DNA of 32,000 nt from Candidatus Hermodarchaeota archaeon (GCA_048886185.1 JBHLKY010000007.1:195383-227382); one strand, 5' to 3'; numbered from the stretch's first letter, positions 9,056 to 19,069 are shown. Numbers and translations are program-made. The notes: generated by a model not told the origin, from the letters alone.

Positions 9056-10405
9056 CTATACCAAATTTTGTTTAGTAATTTTTTCGATTAAATCGATGAA
9101 GAATTGGCTTTCAATTCCTAGGTCTCCTAGTTCTTGGATGAGTAATCTATATGTTGGATGATTTGGCTTGAAAAGACCATTCAATCTTTGAAAAAGCTTC
9201 TTCGAGATAAATAACGACAAATCAGAGTCTATTAAAGCATTATGCAGGTTTTTAATTGCTAGAGTAACCCCATTAATTAGTTGAACCTGATTTGTTCTTT
9301 TCATAATGTATGTGACCTTTTTACTTCTTGTAATAGCCCATCCTGGATATTTAGGGTTTCTAAAGGGAGATTTTTGTCGTTCGGAGTCCTCTAAATTTGA
9401 CTTGGACAATTTATAAAAGCTTGGTTGAAACAAACCAAAGTCAATTTCCTTTAATGTCTTTTTGTGTGCATAAGATACAATTAGATAATTTCCACAATGA
9501 CGATCCCAAGAGCCACAAACGGAGTCAAACACCAACATTCTACCAAGATTTTCGGCATCATCTCTGATCAATTCTTCAATGTCATTTCTTGTTACTGCGC
9601 AAAAACTTATACATGCAGGAGTAAGTGGTTCAATCAGAAGATCCGAATTTTTAGCAAAGGATTGAAAAATAGATGAGCGATTGTTAAAAAGTAACAAAGC
9701 ATGTCGAGGAACATTTAATCCAATTATTTTTCCGATCTGTATTATTTGCAACTCTAGATTAGGATTATCTATATATTCTTTCTTTGGTAATGCTTTTACA
9801 AATAATCCTTGGTTCTTAAGAGATGAAAATAAGAAATAAGTCGGATGAAAACTATCCTTATTTTCTCTGAAAAACAGTAAACGAGAATGCTTCCTCGAAG
9901 GGATTAAGGATGAGACTTTTTGAAAGAAAAAGATGATACTTTGATAATAACTTAGTGATTTTTGACGCATACTTAAAACAAGGTAAGAGCCAATATATCC
10001 ATGAATTAAATTATATTTTTTAAAAATAGTCATGTCGTGTGCAGAAATATGATTCATATCAAGAAATAATGCAAAAAAGGAAGAATAACTGCTCCATTGA
10101 ATAGCAAAATGTAGATTTTCCTTGGTTTTCTTCCCTGAAACTTCATTGAGAGTCAAAAATAATTTTTTTCGAAAATATCTTTTATTGGTTAAAGGATTAC
10201 TGTTTTCAATTCTCATGCTTGTTGATATCTTTTGGGGGATGGAGATATTTTTCAACTTCATAAAAATGCCTTTAGCTTTGATGTTTGATAGAAAACCCTG
10301 AGTATTTTTTTCAAACTCTGTTTCCCTCATTAAATTTTTCATTTGATTTTTTTCTATAGAACGATCCATAGGGCACAATGGTTTTTGTTTCACCCCAATA
10401 TCCAA
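9056..10405 (-). CDS. PI3K/PI4K/HipA-superfamily atypical kinase domain protein with unknown N-terminal region
   Basis: LFVK (beta3 Lys), NLELQIIQIGKIIGLNVP (alphaC Glu plus GLxVP), catalytic FDSVCGSWDRHCGNYLI (9488-9505 for DRHCGN) and IDFG (9434-9445). Start codon uncertain. Confidence 0.75.
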   Translation of the reverse strand: MDIGVKQKPLCPMDRSIEKNQMKNLMRETEFEKNTQGFLSNIKAKGIFMKLKNISIPQKISTSMRIENSNPLTNKRYFRKKLFLTLNEVSGKKTKENLHFAIQWSSYSSFFALFLDMNHISAHDMTIFKKYNLIHGYIGSYLVLSMRQKSLSYYQSIIFFFQKVSSLIPSRKHSRLLFFRENKDSFHPTYFLFSSLKNQGLFVKALPKKEYIDNPNLELQIIQIGKIIGLNVPRHALLLFNNRSSIFQSFAKNSDLLIEPLTPACISFCAVTRNDIEELIRDDAENLGRMLVFDSVCGSWDRHCGNYLIVSYAHKKTLKEIDFGLFQPSFYKLSKSNLEDSERQKSPFRNPKYPGWAITRSKKVTYIMKRTNQVQLINGVTLAIKNLHNALIDSDLSLFISKKLFQRLNGLFKPNHPTYRLLIQELGDLGIESQFFIDLIEKITKQNLV

Positions 10406-11259
10406 TAAGCCTTTTATATTTATTTATTTGCTTTACAAGCACTTTTGACTGTCCTACCTTAAGAATTACAGGCTAATTATTATTAGATTAATTTATCCAT
10501 TATTTTGTGGGAAACTGCCTTTTATTTTGTTCTTATTCCGATGAAAATTTATTTATTCTTGAAAATTTCTAATTAAAACAGTCATCCTTGATAATGTACA
10601 TGGAATACTAATCAGTAATACAAGTAATCCGGTTTACCGCTTATCCCTATTAAGAATATACTACTATTATTGAACATAAATATTTCTTACTTAAAATCAT
10701 GTCTAAATCCCACTCTAAATTGATCATATAAATAATAGGAAGAATAATTCGATGAAATCATTATTAAAACACTGATAAAAATAATGATCCAGCTCAAAAG
10801 AGAATAGGAACGGCTGTATTTAGAATTTATAATGATGAACCTTTTTTTAATCCTGGAACAATTCCTATTTACATTTTATTTATCATGATTATAATTATAT
10901 TTTCTTTTATTAGGATTGTTTTATTCATAGAATTCAGATAAATTTATAGGTTAATATCCTGAAAGAATTTAACTATAGGTTGGATTAAATGTTGATTAGA
11001 TCAAGAAAAGCATTTGCTGGGGTATATATTGTTATCTCAGACTTATGATTTCATTGCCTTTACTTTCTATTTTCACTTTTTGATTTAAAAAGCCTGAATG
11101 ACAATAATCTTTCATAAGTCTTCTTCTTTTCTATAATAGGCTGCGGTTGTTCTAAATATAAGTTCATAAGATGAGTAGAATCCTTTAATCTCTACCAACC
11201 TCCCTTTCTATCAGAGTGAATACACGAGAGAACCCAACCATTGAAATTGCCATTAATTT

Positions 11260-12117
11260 TCATATTAGTGCATCAAACACAGTTGTAGGTCGTCCAGTGT
11301 GACTTCTCTTCTCTTTATATTCAACTACAAATCCTTTCGCTATCAATCGTTGTAAGCTATCATAGATTGAGCTACGTGCAATGCCTGTTAATTGAACCAT
11401 TTCAGGACGAGTAAGCGGGCCATAAGCGACTAAAATCTGAAATATATCCTGATCTAAGTCTTTTGTTATTTTTAGTTGTTCTTGGGCTTGTGAAACTTTT
11501 TGTTTAGTTGATGTTAAATTAAATAACAGAACTTTAAGAATAAGAGAATCAGGACCAATTCCTAGCGATGCTAATTCTTGCAGAGATTGCCTTTTAATCA
11601 TGGTTATAATATCTAGCATAGGTGTTGTTTCAGGTAATTTAAAGAATTGACGTAGGGTATTTATTTCAATATAAAGCTGATATAATCGTTTAAAATCAAT
11701 CTTTATTTCCTGTATTGCATCCTCTGTAAGCTTTTTTGCTTCTTTTTCCTTAGTTCCTAAGCGTGATATCGAATCAGAGGCGTATTTCAGTTTTTCACTG
11801 GCATTCTTTAGATTTTTTTCTTTGATATCCGATATTGCGTCGTCGATGATTTTTTTGATGTCTTCCTCGTCCGCAGCAAAGGAAAGATTTACAACATTTT
11901 GAATCTCTATTAATTTTTGAAGGAAATAATAGTGCTGCTTAATGGGGTATAAGGAGGGAAGTCCTAAATCTTCCTGCATTTTTTGAAGAGATTTCCATGT
12001 TGTAAGAACATTTTCTTCAGAATCCATACCTTTTAAGCTTAACAGGTTTTTTAGTTCTTCCAGTTCTTTATCAGACGATTCATCAGATTCTGATGATACG
12101 ATTATGTTACTGGGCAT
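11260..12117 (-). CDS. coiled-coil protein with C-terminal TrmB-type winged helix-turn-helix
   Basis: C-terminal IFQILVAYGPLTRPEMVQLTGIARSSIYDSLQRLIAKGFV...GRP..VF is a TrmB-like wHTH. The N-terminal ~220 aa are acidic and helical. Confidence 0.8.
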   Translation of the reverse strand: MPSNIIVSSESDESSDKELEELKNLLSLKGMDSEENVLTTWKSLQKMQEDLGLPSLYPIKQHYYFLQKLIEIQNVVNLSFAADEEDIKKIIDDAISDIKEKNLKNASEKLKYASDSISRLGTKEKEAKKLTEDAIQEIKIDFKRLYQLYIEINTLRQFFKLPETTPMLDIITMIKRQSLQELASLGIGPDSLILKVLLFNLTSTKQKVSQAQEQLKITKDLDQDIFQILVAYGPLTRPEMVQLTGIARSSIYDSLQRLIAKGFVVEYKEKRSHTGRPTTVFDALI

Positions 12118-12844
12118 GATTTCGCATCTACTTCAGATTTAGGCCATATTATCTTCTCAAAATAATGCAACAGGACTTTCAAGGAATGGTATAGAAATGA
12201 CTATAATAAAATTTTCTTTTTAAAAGGTTGTCTTTACCCAAAATTAATAGGGTATCAAACTGTTGTTTCATTGATTGCAAAATATGAAAATTTAAAAAAA
12301 GCAATAAAGAAACGACAGCTCTACTTGTAAATGAAAAATTGTGAAAAATGTAATCCAAACCAAATTACTGAGTGAAAAGGGATGGAAAAAGGAAATAATA
12401 GGCTAGTAGTTCCCCTTATTTATATAGAGTGATTTCTATCTTCCACTAATGTAATTAGGTAGGGAAGTTTTGTTTTTTCTGTTTTTAGCCTCATAATCGA
12501 TCCTTTGGTTTAGTTCGTGCACTTTGTGTTTAAGGTTTTACCTTTACGATGATTATATTATTTTTCTCACCCGGCTTAGTCTTATTTTTTTTGTTACAGT
12601 GATGGGGTGTGTTTCACTGTTTTTCTTTTTTGAGGTTGTAAGGAAAATGAAGAAATAGAAGTAGCAACTAAACTAATTCTTATGTTACAGATCTACAATA
12701 ATCTACGTTTAACGCAAAAAAAAGTTCACATATGTCGTTCCAATCTCTTTTTACTACTTTAAAATGGAAAAAATAAATCTATAGAACATCCATTAAAAGT
12801 ATTTAGTGTGTACTCAAAATATTAAATGAAAAAAGGTTAAAATT

Positions 12845-13747
12845 ATGTTTGAAATAATTGATGGTTTTAAAAAGGGATTTGAAACCTGGAAACTAGTTTG
12901 GGTTAGACAAATATTTGTCCAGATGATTCTAGGTTTTTTAGCATTTTTTATAATTACACCTTTTGGTTTTTTAATAGCAATATTTGGTGCAAATGAAAGT
13001 TTTAGCTTGACTGTAGAGAAAGGTACCTTCATAATCCCTGTTTTTATCGAGCTGCTGATGGAGAATATAGGCTTTTGGGTCTCAGTTTTCTCAACATTCT
13101 TTGTATTAATAATTATTGCAACAATTATAATTGGTATAATTCAAAATACAGCTCACCAAAGAACAGAAAAAGACGATGTTAGGTTTGAAGATAATTTTAA
13201 GGAAATTATCCCATTAATCGTCCCATTAGCGATTGTTGCTTTCGTGATGATCATTGTCATCGGAATTCCATTACTAATTACTAGTGAGATTTATCACTTA
13301 CTTGATGATCCTAATGCACCTATAGTATATAGTTTTCCATTATTTGATTCAAGTGTGGATCTTACTCTTTTAGATATCATTGCTGAATTAGCATTTCTTG
13401 TTTTAATCATTCTATTAATTGGTCCTTACTTTCTTGCAATTAGTAAAGTTGTCATAGATAAAGCAGGAATAAACAGTATAGTTGGAAGCTGGAAATTATA
13501 CTTTCAGAAATTCATTACTGTTATAATTGCAATGATTCTTGTTTTAATTATTGGTTTAATTTCCTTTGTTGTTATTCTCTTACCTGTAAACGGTATTGTT
13601 GTAGCAGGTAACACAACACCAACAGATCTACCATTACTTTTTTCTAGTATCTTCTTGATGATGATATTAGGTGTTGTAATACTATTTATTGTCACCAACT
13701 GGCTTGTTACATCGTTATACTGTTTTTACAAGGAACTTACAGAATAA
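12845..13747 (+). CDS. polytopic integral membrane protein of unknown function
   Basis: About 6 hydrophobic segments. GFKKGFETWK and SIVGSWKLYFQKF repeats resemble generic archaeal membrane families. Confidence 0.75.
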   Translation: MFEIIDGFKKGFETWKLVWVRQIFVQMILGFLAFFIITPFGFLIAIFGANESFSLTVEKGTFIIPVFIELLMENIGFWVSVFSTFFVLIIIATIIIGIIQNTAHQRTEKDDVRFEDNFKEIIPLIVPLAIVAFVMIIVIGIPLLITSEIYHLLDDPNAPIVYSFPLFDSSVDLTLLDIIAELAFLVLIILLIGPYFLAISKVVIDKAGINSIVGSWKLYFQKFITVIIAMILVLIIGLISFVVILLPVNGIVVAGNTTPTDLPLLFSSIFLMMILGVVILFIVTNWLVTSLYCFYKELTE

Positions 13748-14206
13748 CTACCGCGAATGAAGAGTAACAACTGAATATTAAATGTAACTGAAGTAAGATA
13801 CAATAGGGAGCCATCTTAACTTCCACGTGGGAGTATACCATCATAAGGAAAGGTTGGATAAATGGTTATCCCATATTTTCTTCTTAAGATGAAATATAAT
13901 GGTGCAATTAATTTTATTTTTGTTTCATGTATTCATTAATAAAAATAACTTCATATCTCCCCGAATACATTTCAGTGACTATTTTACATCCTTTATATTA
14001 AAAAACAAAGCTTCATAACTGCTAGTGTCCTTATTCAGTTGGCCCTAAATTACTTAAGCTAAGAAGAAATAATAAATTAATAAATTATTGAATAGAGTTA
14101 CATTTCTTAAGAAGAATCCCAGACAATTATAGGGAATTTGAATCAAACAAAAAAAATATGTTCATTTTCTTTTATTAATCTAGATTGAAATCAGGTGTTG
14201 ATATAT

Positions 14207-15241
14207 TTGAGGTATTTGAAACTTCCCAACCAGAATGTCTATACTTTTCTTGAAAAATTAAGATCCCACGGTGAATTTTTCGGGCCAATTAAAATCTCTG
14301 AAAAATTCTATGATTTTAGAGAAGTTGAAGATGTTAGTTCAGTCGAATTACACTACAATCGAACAATCACACCTCCACGAAAATACTTTCATCCACCACA
14401 AGAAAAAATGTTCTTCTTTAATAGAGAGAATGTTGAATTGCAAGATATTTTTCAACCTACAACTAAGAAAATAGTTTTGTTTGGTCTTCATCACTGTGAT
14501 ATTGTTGGATTACGGATAATAGACACTAGGTTCATTGATGATCAACCTGATCCATATTATCTTCAACGTCGAAAAAATGGAATTATTATTGGATTATCCT
14601 GCTTACCTGATGAATACTGTTTCTGTAATGTACGAAGAGTGGATTTTGTAGATATTGGATTCGATCTTTTTCTCCACGAAGTTCCAGACGGCTTTCTTTT
14701 AAGAGTCGGGTCTGTACGTGGACATAAAATTGTTGATCCAATTGAAGAGTTGTTTCAAAAAGTTTCAAAAAGTGACGTCGTGAATTTAACACTTTTTGAG
14801 CAGAAAAGGGAATCTCTTTTCACTTTAAAGGGCAATTGGGACAATCTAAGATACTTGCTCGAATTGAAGGCAGACCATTCCTTATGGTCCAGAGAAAGTG
14901 AGTCCTGTGTTGGATGTGGAAATTGCACCCTTGTATGCCCAACCTGTCGCTGTTACGATGTAAAAGACATTCCAAGTTTAGATGGAAAAACAGGTGAGAG
15001 AATAAGATTTTGGGATAGTTGTCAATATAGATCACACGGATTAGTAGCAGGGAACCATAATTTTCGGGAGACAAAAATAGATCGTTTTGAAAATCGTTAT
15101 ATGTGTAAAAACGCGTATTGTAAGGAACTCACAACTGCCTATTGTGTGGGGTGTGGTCGTTGCACATTTTTTTGTCCCACGGGGATTAACTATAAGGAGA
15201 ATTTAGTTGAAATTAGATCGTCTATTGAGGATGTACATTAA
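14207..15241 (+). CDS. hydB: group 3b [NiFe] sulfhydrogenase beta subunit (Fe-S)
   Basis: Two 4Fe-4S motifs CVGCGNCTLVCP and CVGCGRCTFFCP, and RFWDSCQ. TTG at 14207, 9 nt after AGGTG, gives MRYLKLP, matching the N-terminus of Thermococcales SH-I beta as recalled. Confidence 0.93.
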   Translation: MRYLKLPNQNVYTFLEKLRSHGEFFGPIKISEKFYDFREVEDVSSVELHYNRTITPPRKYFHPPQEKMFFFNRENVELQDIFQPTTKKIVLFGLHHCDIVGLRIIDTRFIDDQPDPYYLQRRKNGIIIGLSCLPDEYCFCNVRRVDFVDIGFDLFLHEVPDGFLLRVGSVRGHKIVDPIEELFQKVSKSDVVNLTLFEQKRESLFTLKGNWDNLRYLLELKADHSLWSRESESCVGCGNCTLVCPTCRCYDVKDIPSLDGKTGERIRFWDSCQYRSHGLVAGNHNFRETKIDRFENRYMCKNAYCKELTTAYCVGCGRCTFFCPTGINYKENLVEIRSSIEDVH

Positions 15242-15243
15242 AG

Positions 15244-16104
15244 ATGACTCAAATCTTAAAAAATCCATACCAAACCTACAAGTCACGGTTATTACGTGTC
15301 TATAATCTTACAGAACATGAAAAACTCTTTCTCTTTAGATTCGAGGATGAAAAAATTGTACTAGATTTTCATTTTTTACCTGGTCAGTTTGTTGAATTTT
15401 CCTTACCAGGATTAGGTGAAGTTCCGATTTCAATCTGTTCGTCACCAATGAGAGTTGGATTCTTTGAGTTGTGCATTCGTAAAACTGGTAGAGTCACTGA
15501 AAAAATACACGAATTAAAGCCAGGAAATCTAATTGGTATTCGTGGACCCTATGGAAATGGATTCCCAATGGAACAATTCTGGGATCGAGACTTATTACTT
15601 GTGGCTGCTGGTCTTGGCATGGCTCCTCTGCGGTCAATTTTCCTTTATGCGATTGATAATAGGTGGAAATTCGGTAATATCACAATTATTAACTCCGCAA
15701 AACTAGGGAAAGACTTACTTTTTAAGAAAGAACTTGTGGCAATGAGGGACATTGCGGAAGCTGAACAAATACAGATAATTCAAACAACAACCAGGGATGA
15801 TTCTTGGACTGGTTTAAAAGGTCGTGCGTCTGAACATTTGGAAGGAGTGAATATTAATCCTAAAATATGTTCAGTGGCATTATGTGGGCCACCAAAAATG
15901 TACAAATCAATGTTTGAAAAAATGATTGAACTTGGATATAATCCTAGGCGTATTTTTGTGACTCTTGAACGAAAGATGAAGTGTGGGACAGGGAAATGCG
16001 GACATTGTAACATCGGTAATGCTACATCATGGAAATATATTTGCAAAAATGGCCCAGTGTTTGATTATTATGACATAATTTCAACCCCGGGGTTGTTAAC
16101 ATGA
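15244..16104 (+). CDS. hydG: group 3b sulfhydrogenase gamma subunit (FAD/NAD(P)-binding, 2Fe-2S)
   Basis: PGQF, GEVPISICS, RGPYGNGF, AAGLGMAPLRS, CGPPKMY and MKCGTGKCGHC...CKNGPVF. Confidence 0.95.
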   Translation: MTQILKNPYQTYKSRLLRVYNLTEHEKLFLFRFEDEKIVLDFHFLPGQFVEFSLPGLGEVPISICSSPMRVGFFELCIRKTGRVTEKIHELKPGNLIGIRGPYGNGFPMEQFWDRDLLLVAAGLGMAPLRSIFLYAIDNRWKFGNITIINSAKLGKDLLFKKELVAMRDIAEAEQIQIIQTTTRDDSWTGLKGRASEHLEGVNINPKICSVALCGPPKMYKSMFEKMIELGYNPRRIFVTLERKMKCGTGKCGHCNIGNATSWKYICKNGPVFDYYDIISTPGLLT

Positions 16105-16919
16105 AGATTTCTCAAGATACACAAGTAAAACTGAAGTTTGGGATTTATTCTCTTACTTCATGTTATGGTTGTCAATTAAAGATCGCGACACTTTCACGAA
16201 TACTTGATGTTGTTAATTCAGTTGATGTTAGATGTTTCTATATGTTGAACTCTGATAGTTCTATCAATGAATCGGTGGATATTGCGGTCGTTGAGGGATC
16301 AGTAAGTACAGAAAAAGATCTGGTAGAATTAAAGGAAATTAGAAGTAATACAACAAGATTGATAGCAGTTGGCGCTTGTGCAATAAATGGGGGAGTTCAA
16401 AGTTGGGTGCATAATGAAAAATCTTATGCAGATTTATATAACTGTGTCTATGGGGAAGCTCGGATCAAATATCAAGGATTAAAAGCCCATCCTATCGATA
16501 ACTATGTAAAAGTGGATTTCTATTTACCAGGATGCCCTCCAGAAGAAGGAGAAATTATGTATTACCTTAGTACTTTTCTTTTCGGTACATGGCCAGAAAC
16601 AAAGGATTATCCAGTATGCCATGAATGTCGTGTCGCTGAGAATCCCTGTATATTGATAGAAAGTGGAGAACCCTGCCTTGGGTCTATTACAGTGGCGGGT
16701 TGCGGAGCTAGGTGTATTAAATACAATATCCCTTGTGTAGGATGCCGTGGGCCAGTTCCTCATGATAATGCGTGGTTTGATTCTTTAGCACGAACCTTCA
16801 AAGAAAAAGGATATTCTGAAGAATATATTTACGATCGAATAGCGATTTTTAGTTCACACGAACCAAATTTTAAAGGAAGGCTGGCCAATTTTTCCAAAAA
16901 AGGTGTAAAATATGACTGA
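16101..16919 (+). CDS. hydD: group 3b sulfhydrogenase delta (small) subunit
   Basis: LTSCYGCQL, VEGSVST, GACAINGG, LPGCPP and C-terminal Cys cluster CHEC...PCLG...CGARC...PCVGCRG. Confidence 0.95.
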   Translation: MKISQDTQVKLKFGIYSLTSCYGCQLKIATLSRILDVVNSVDVRCFYMLNSDSSINESVDIAVVEGSVSTEKDLVELKEIRSNTTRLIAVGACAINGGVQSWVHNEKSYADLYNCVYGEARIKYQGLKAHPIDNYVKVDFYLPGCPPEEGEIMYYLSTFLFGTWPETKDYPVCHECRVAENPCILIESGEPCLGSITVAGCGARCIKYNIPCVGCRGPVPHDNAWFDSLARTFKEKGYSEEYIYDRIAIFSSHEPNFKGRLANFSKKGVKYD

Positions 16920-18225
16920 TCAGATAAAGATTACGAAACCCCTCAAGACCGATCATATTGCACGCATTGAAGGAAAAGCAGGTCTCGAGATCAAAGTTAA
17001 AAACAATAAAATCCAAGATATCAAGGTAAATGTAGTTGAAGGTCCACGTTTTTTTGAAGCAATAACAATAGGTAAACCACTTGAAGAAGCTGTCTCTGTT
17101 TATCCAAGAATTTGTTCTTTTTGTTCTGCAGCTCATAAAATCACAGCAATAGAAGCTGCAGAAGCTGCTTTGGGACTAGAGGCAACAGATCAAACAAAAA
17201 AGCTTCGAGAATTGATGTATATTGGGGATCACATTGAGTCTCATACTTTACACCTATATTTTCTATCCTTGCCGGATTTTTTAAATTATCCCTCTGCTAT
17301 GGATATGGCAAAAGATTATCCAGCAATAATATCCGATGCACTTATCTTAAAGGATATAGGTGCTGATATCCAGAAGAATATTGGGTCTCGTTATATACAT
17401 CAAGAAAATGCTTTAATAGGGGGTTTCGGTAAACTTCCATCAAGAGACTCATTATTAAAATTAGTCCAAACACTTGAGTCATTCAAAAAATTACCTGAAA
17501 ATGCATTAAAAGCTTTTTCTCGCCATTCTCTCTGGTCAGAAGTGGCACGTGAAAGAGTTCATCTTGCATTAAAACCTTATACCGACTATGGGATTTTTGG
17601 AGATACAATAACGATTAATAATGGAAAATCATTTCCAATAAATCGTTACAAACATAATCTCATAGAAAAGGTTGAAAATCATTCATTTGCAAAACATTAT
17701 TTTTACAATGATCATTCGTTCATGACTGGTGCCCTGTCAAGAATAACACTATTTGGAGACAAGATGTTTGGTCGTGCGAAAGAGCTATTTAACTCTCATA
17801 AAGAATTTCTTGATCCTGCAAATCCGCTTTCTAATAACTACGCTCAAGCTATTGAATTAATATATTTTCTTGAAAAAGCAAATATGCTTGCTGAAGATCT
17901 GGCGTCAACATTAAACGAGAATGAACCTCGTATAAAACCTAGTTTTAAAAATATTAAGAACAACTCAACAGGGATTTCGGTTACAGAGGCACCAAGAGGT
18001 CTATTAATATACACATTAGGAGTTGATAAAAAAGGAATAATTACTACAGCTGATATTATTACTCCAACAGCAATGTTTTTAGCAATTCTTGAAGAAGATG
18101 TTAAGCAAATGGCCCATGCATTAAACCAAAAAGAAAATACAGATCAAAAAATAGAAAGTATTAGTCATAAACTTGAAATAATTGTCAGATCATATGATCC
18201 TTGTATTTCTTGTAGTGTCCATTAA
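16912..18225 (+). CDS. hydA: group 3b [NiFe] hydrogenase alpha (large) subunit, ending at the L2 His
   Basis: ARIEG, L1 RICSFCSAAH, EAPRGLL, L2 RSYDPCISCSVH followed immediately by TAA. Confidence 0.96.
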   Translation: MTDQIKITKPLKTDHIARIEGKAGLEIKVKNNKIQDIKVNVVEGPRFFEAITIGKPLEEAVSVYPRICSFCSAAHKITAIEAAEAALGLEATDQTKKLRELMYIGDHIESHTLHLYFLSLPDFLNYPSAMDMAKDYPAIISDALILKDIGADIQKNIGSRYIHQENALIGGFGKLPSRDSLLKLVQTLESFKKLPENALKAFSRHSLWSEVARERVHLALKPYTDYGIFGDTITINNGKSFPINRYKHNLIEKVENHSFAKHYFYNDHSFMTGALSRITLFGDKMFGRAKELFNSHKEFLDPANPLSNNYAQAIELIYFLEKANMLAEDLASTLNENEPRIKPSFKNIKNNSTGISVTEAPRGLLIYTLGVDKKGIITTADIITPTAMFLAILEEDVKQMAHALNQKENTDQKIESISHKLEIIVRSYDPCISCSVH

Positions 18226-18289
18226 TGACACGAACTCTCTCATTCCTGTTGGTATTATTCTAAAAAGCCCATTTTTAGAAAGTGCATTT

Positions 18290-18552
18290 TTACTACCTAT
18301 AGCTTCAATTTTACCTGCAAGCTCATGCCCAGGTATAGGTTGTCTTTGTTTTCTAAGACCAAATATTATTCGTACACCCATTCAATACAGGGAAGGAAAT
18401 GAACCACTACTTCGAGCTATCACACCCCCTGCTGTTACCGTTGTAGCAAATATTTTGATAAATACTTCATTATTCTTAGGAGTGGGTTTTGCTACTTCTT
18501 GAAGCTGAAGAACCTCTAGTGGTTCTTATTTTGTCCATAAAATCGCTTTCAT
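18290..18552 (-). pseudogene. truncated NAD(P)-dependent MDR alcohol dehydrogenase/quinone oxidoreductase remnant
   Basis: From ATG 18552: MKAILWTK*EPLEVLQLQEVAKPTPKNNEVFIKIFATTVTAGGVIARSSGSFPSLY*MGVRIIFGLRKQRQPIPGHELAGKIEAIG. In-frame TAA (18526-18528) and TGA (18382-18384). Similarity ends after about 86 codons. Confidence 0.85.
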
Positions 18553-19069
18553 AAGTTTTCTTCAATTTTGATATTAGATAGACACGAAATAAATTGTTCC
18601 CTAATAAAAAACAATGATTTTTTAATAAAGGTGTTAATCCAGCCTAAAAAATAAAAATTAACGGTAGATTTGCTTAATCATTTATAAACTATTGATTTCC
18701 CAATGCTTCATTTTGATTGATTTGTCGTCTATGAACGATTAGATGAAAATTATTTTAGTTCTTTTTATTTAACTCACCCGTGTTGATTAGTGGTTTGGAT
18801 TAAAAATGAATATCCCAAAGTCCTATCTATTATCCGCTAAGAAAGAAAAGTTTATATAGCCATATTGTATCTGAATTCAGGAGTACCACAATATTGGAAA
18901 ACATCAATCGTCTAGGTAAAGAAAATTAGAAGAGAGGAGGTATATAGACCCTAAAGGTTTCTATTTAATTTTTCACCCAAAGAGACCATATAACGAAGAT
19001 TTCTGCAAATCCTCTCTCTTTATTCAAAATCTTTGAAGACGATATTTAACAGCAAAATAAGGATGATTA

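Noticed and set aside
18382-18528. Stop-codon reassignment or selenocysteine readthrough in the MDR fragment
   Set aside because: Intact genes in the window terminate normally at TAA, TGA and TAG, the stops replace Tyr and Trp positions, and the gene is truncated anyway.
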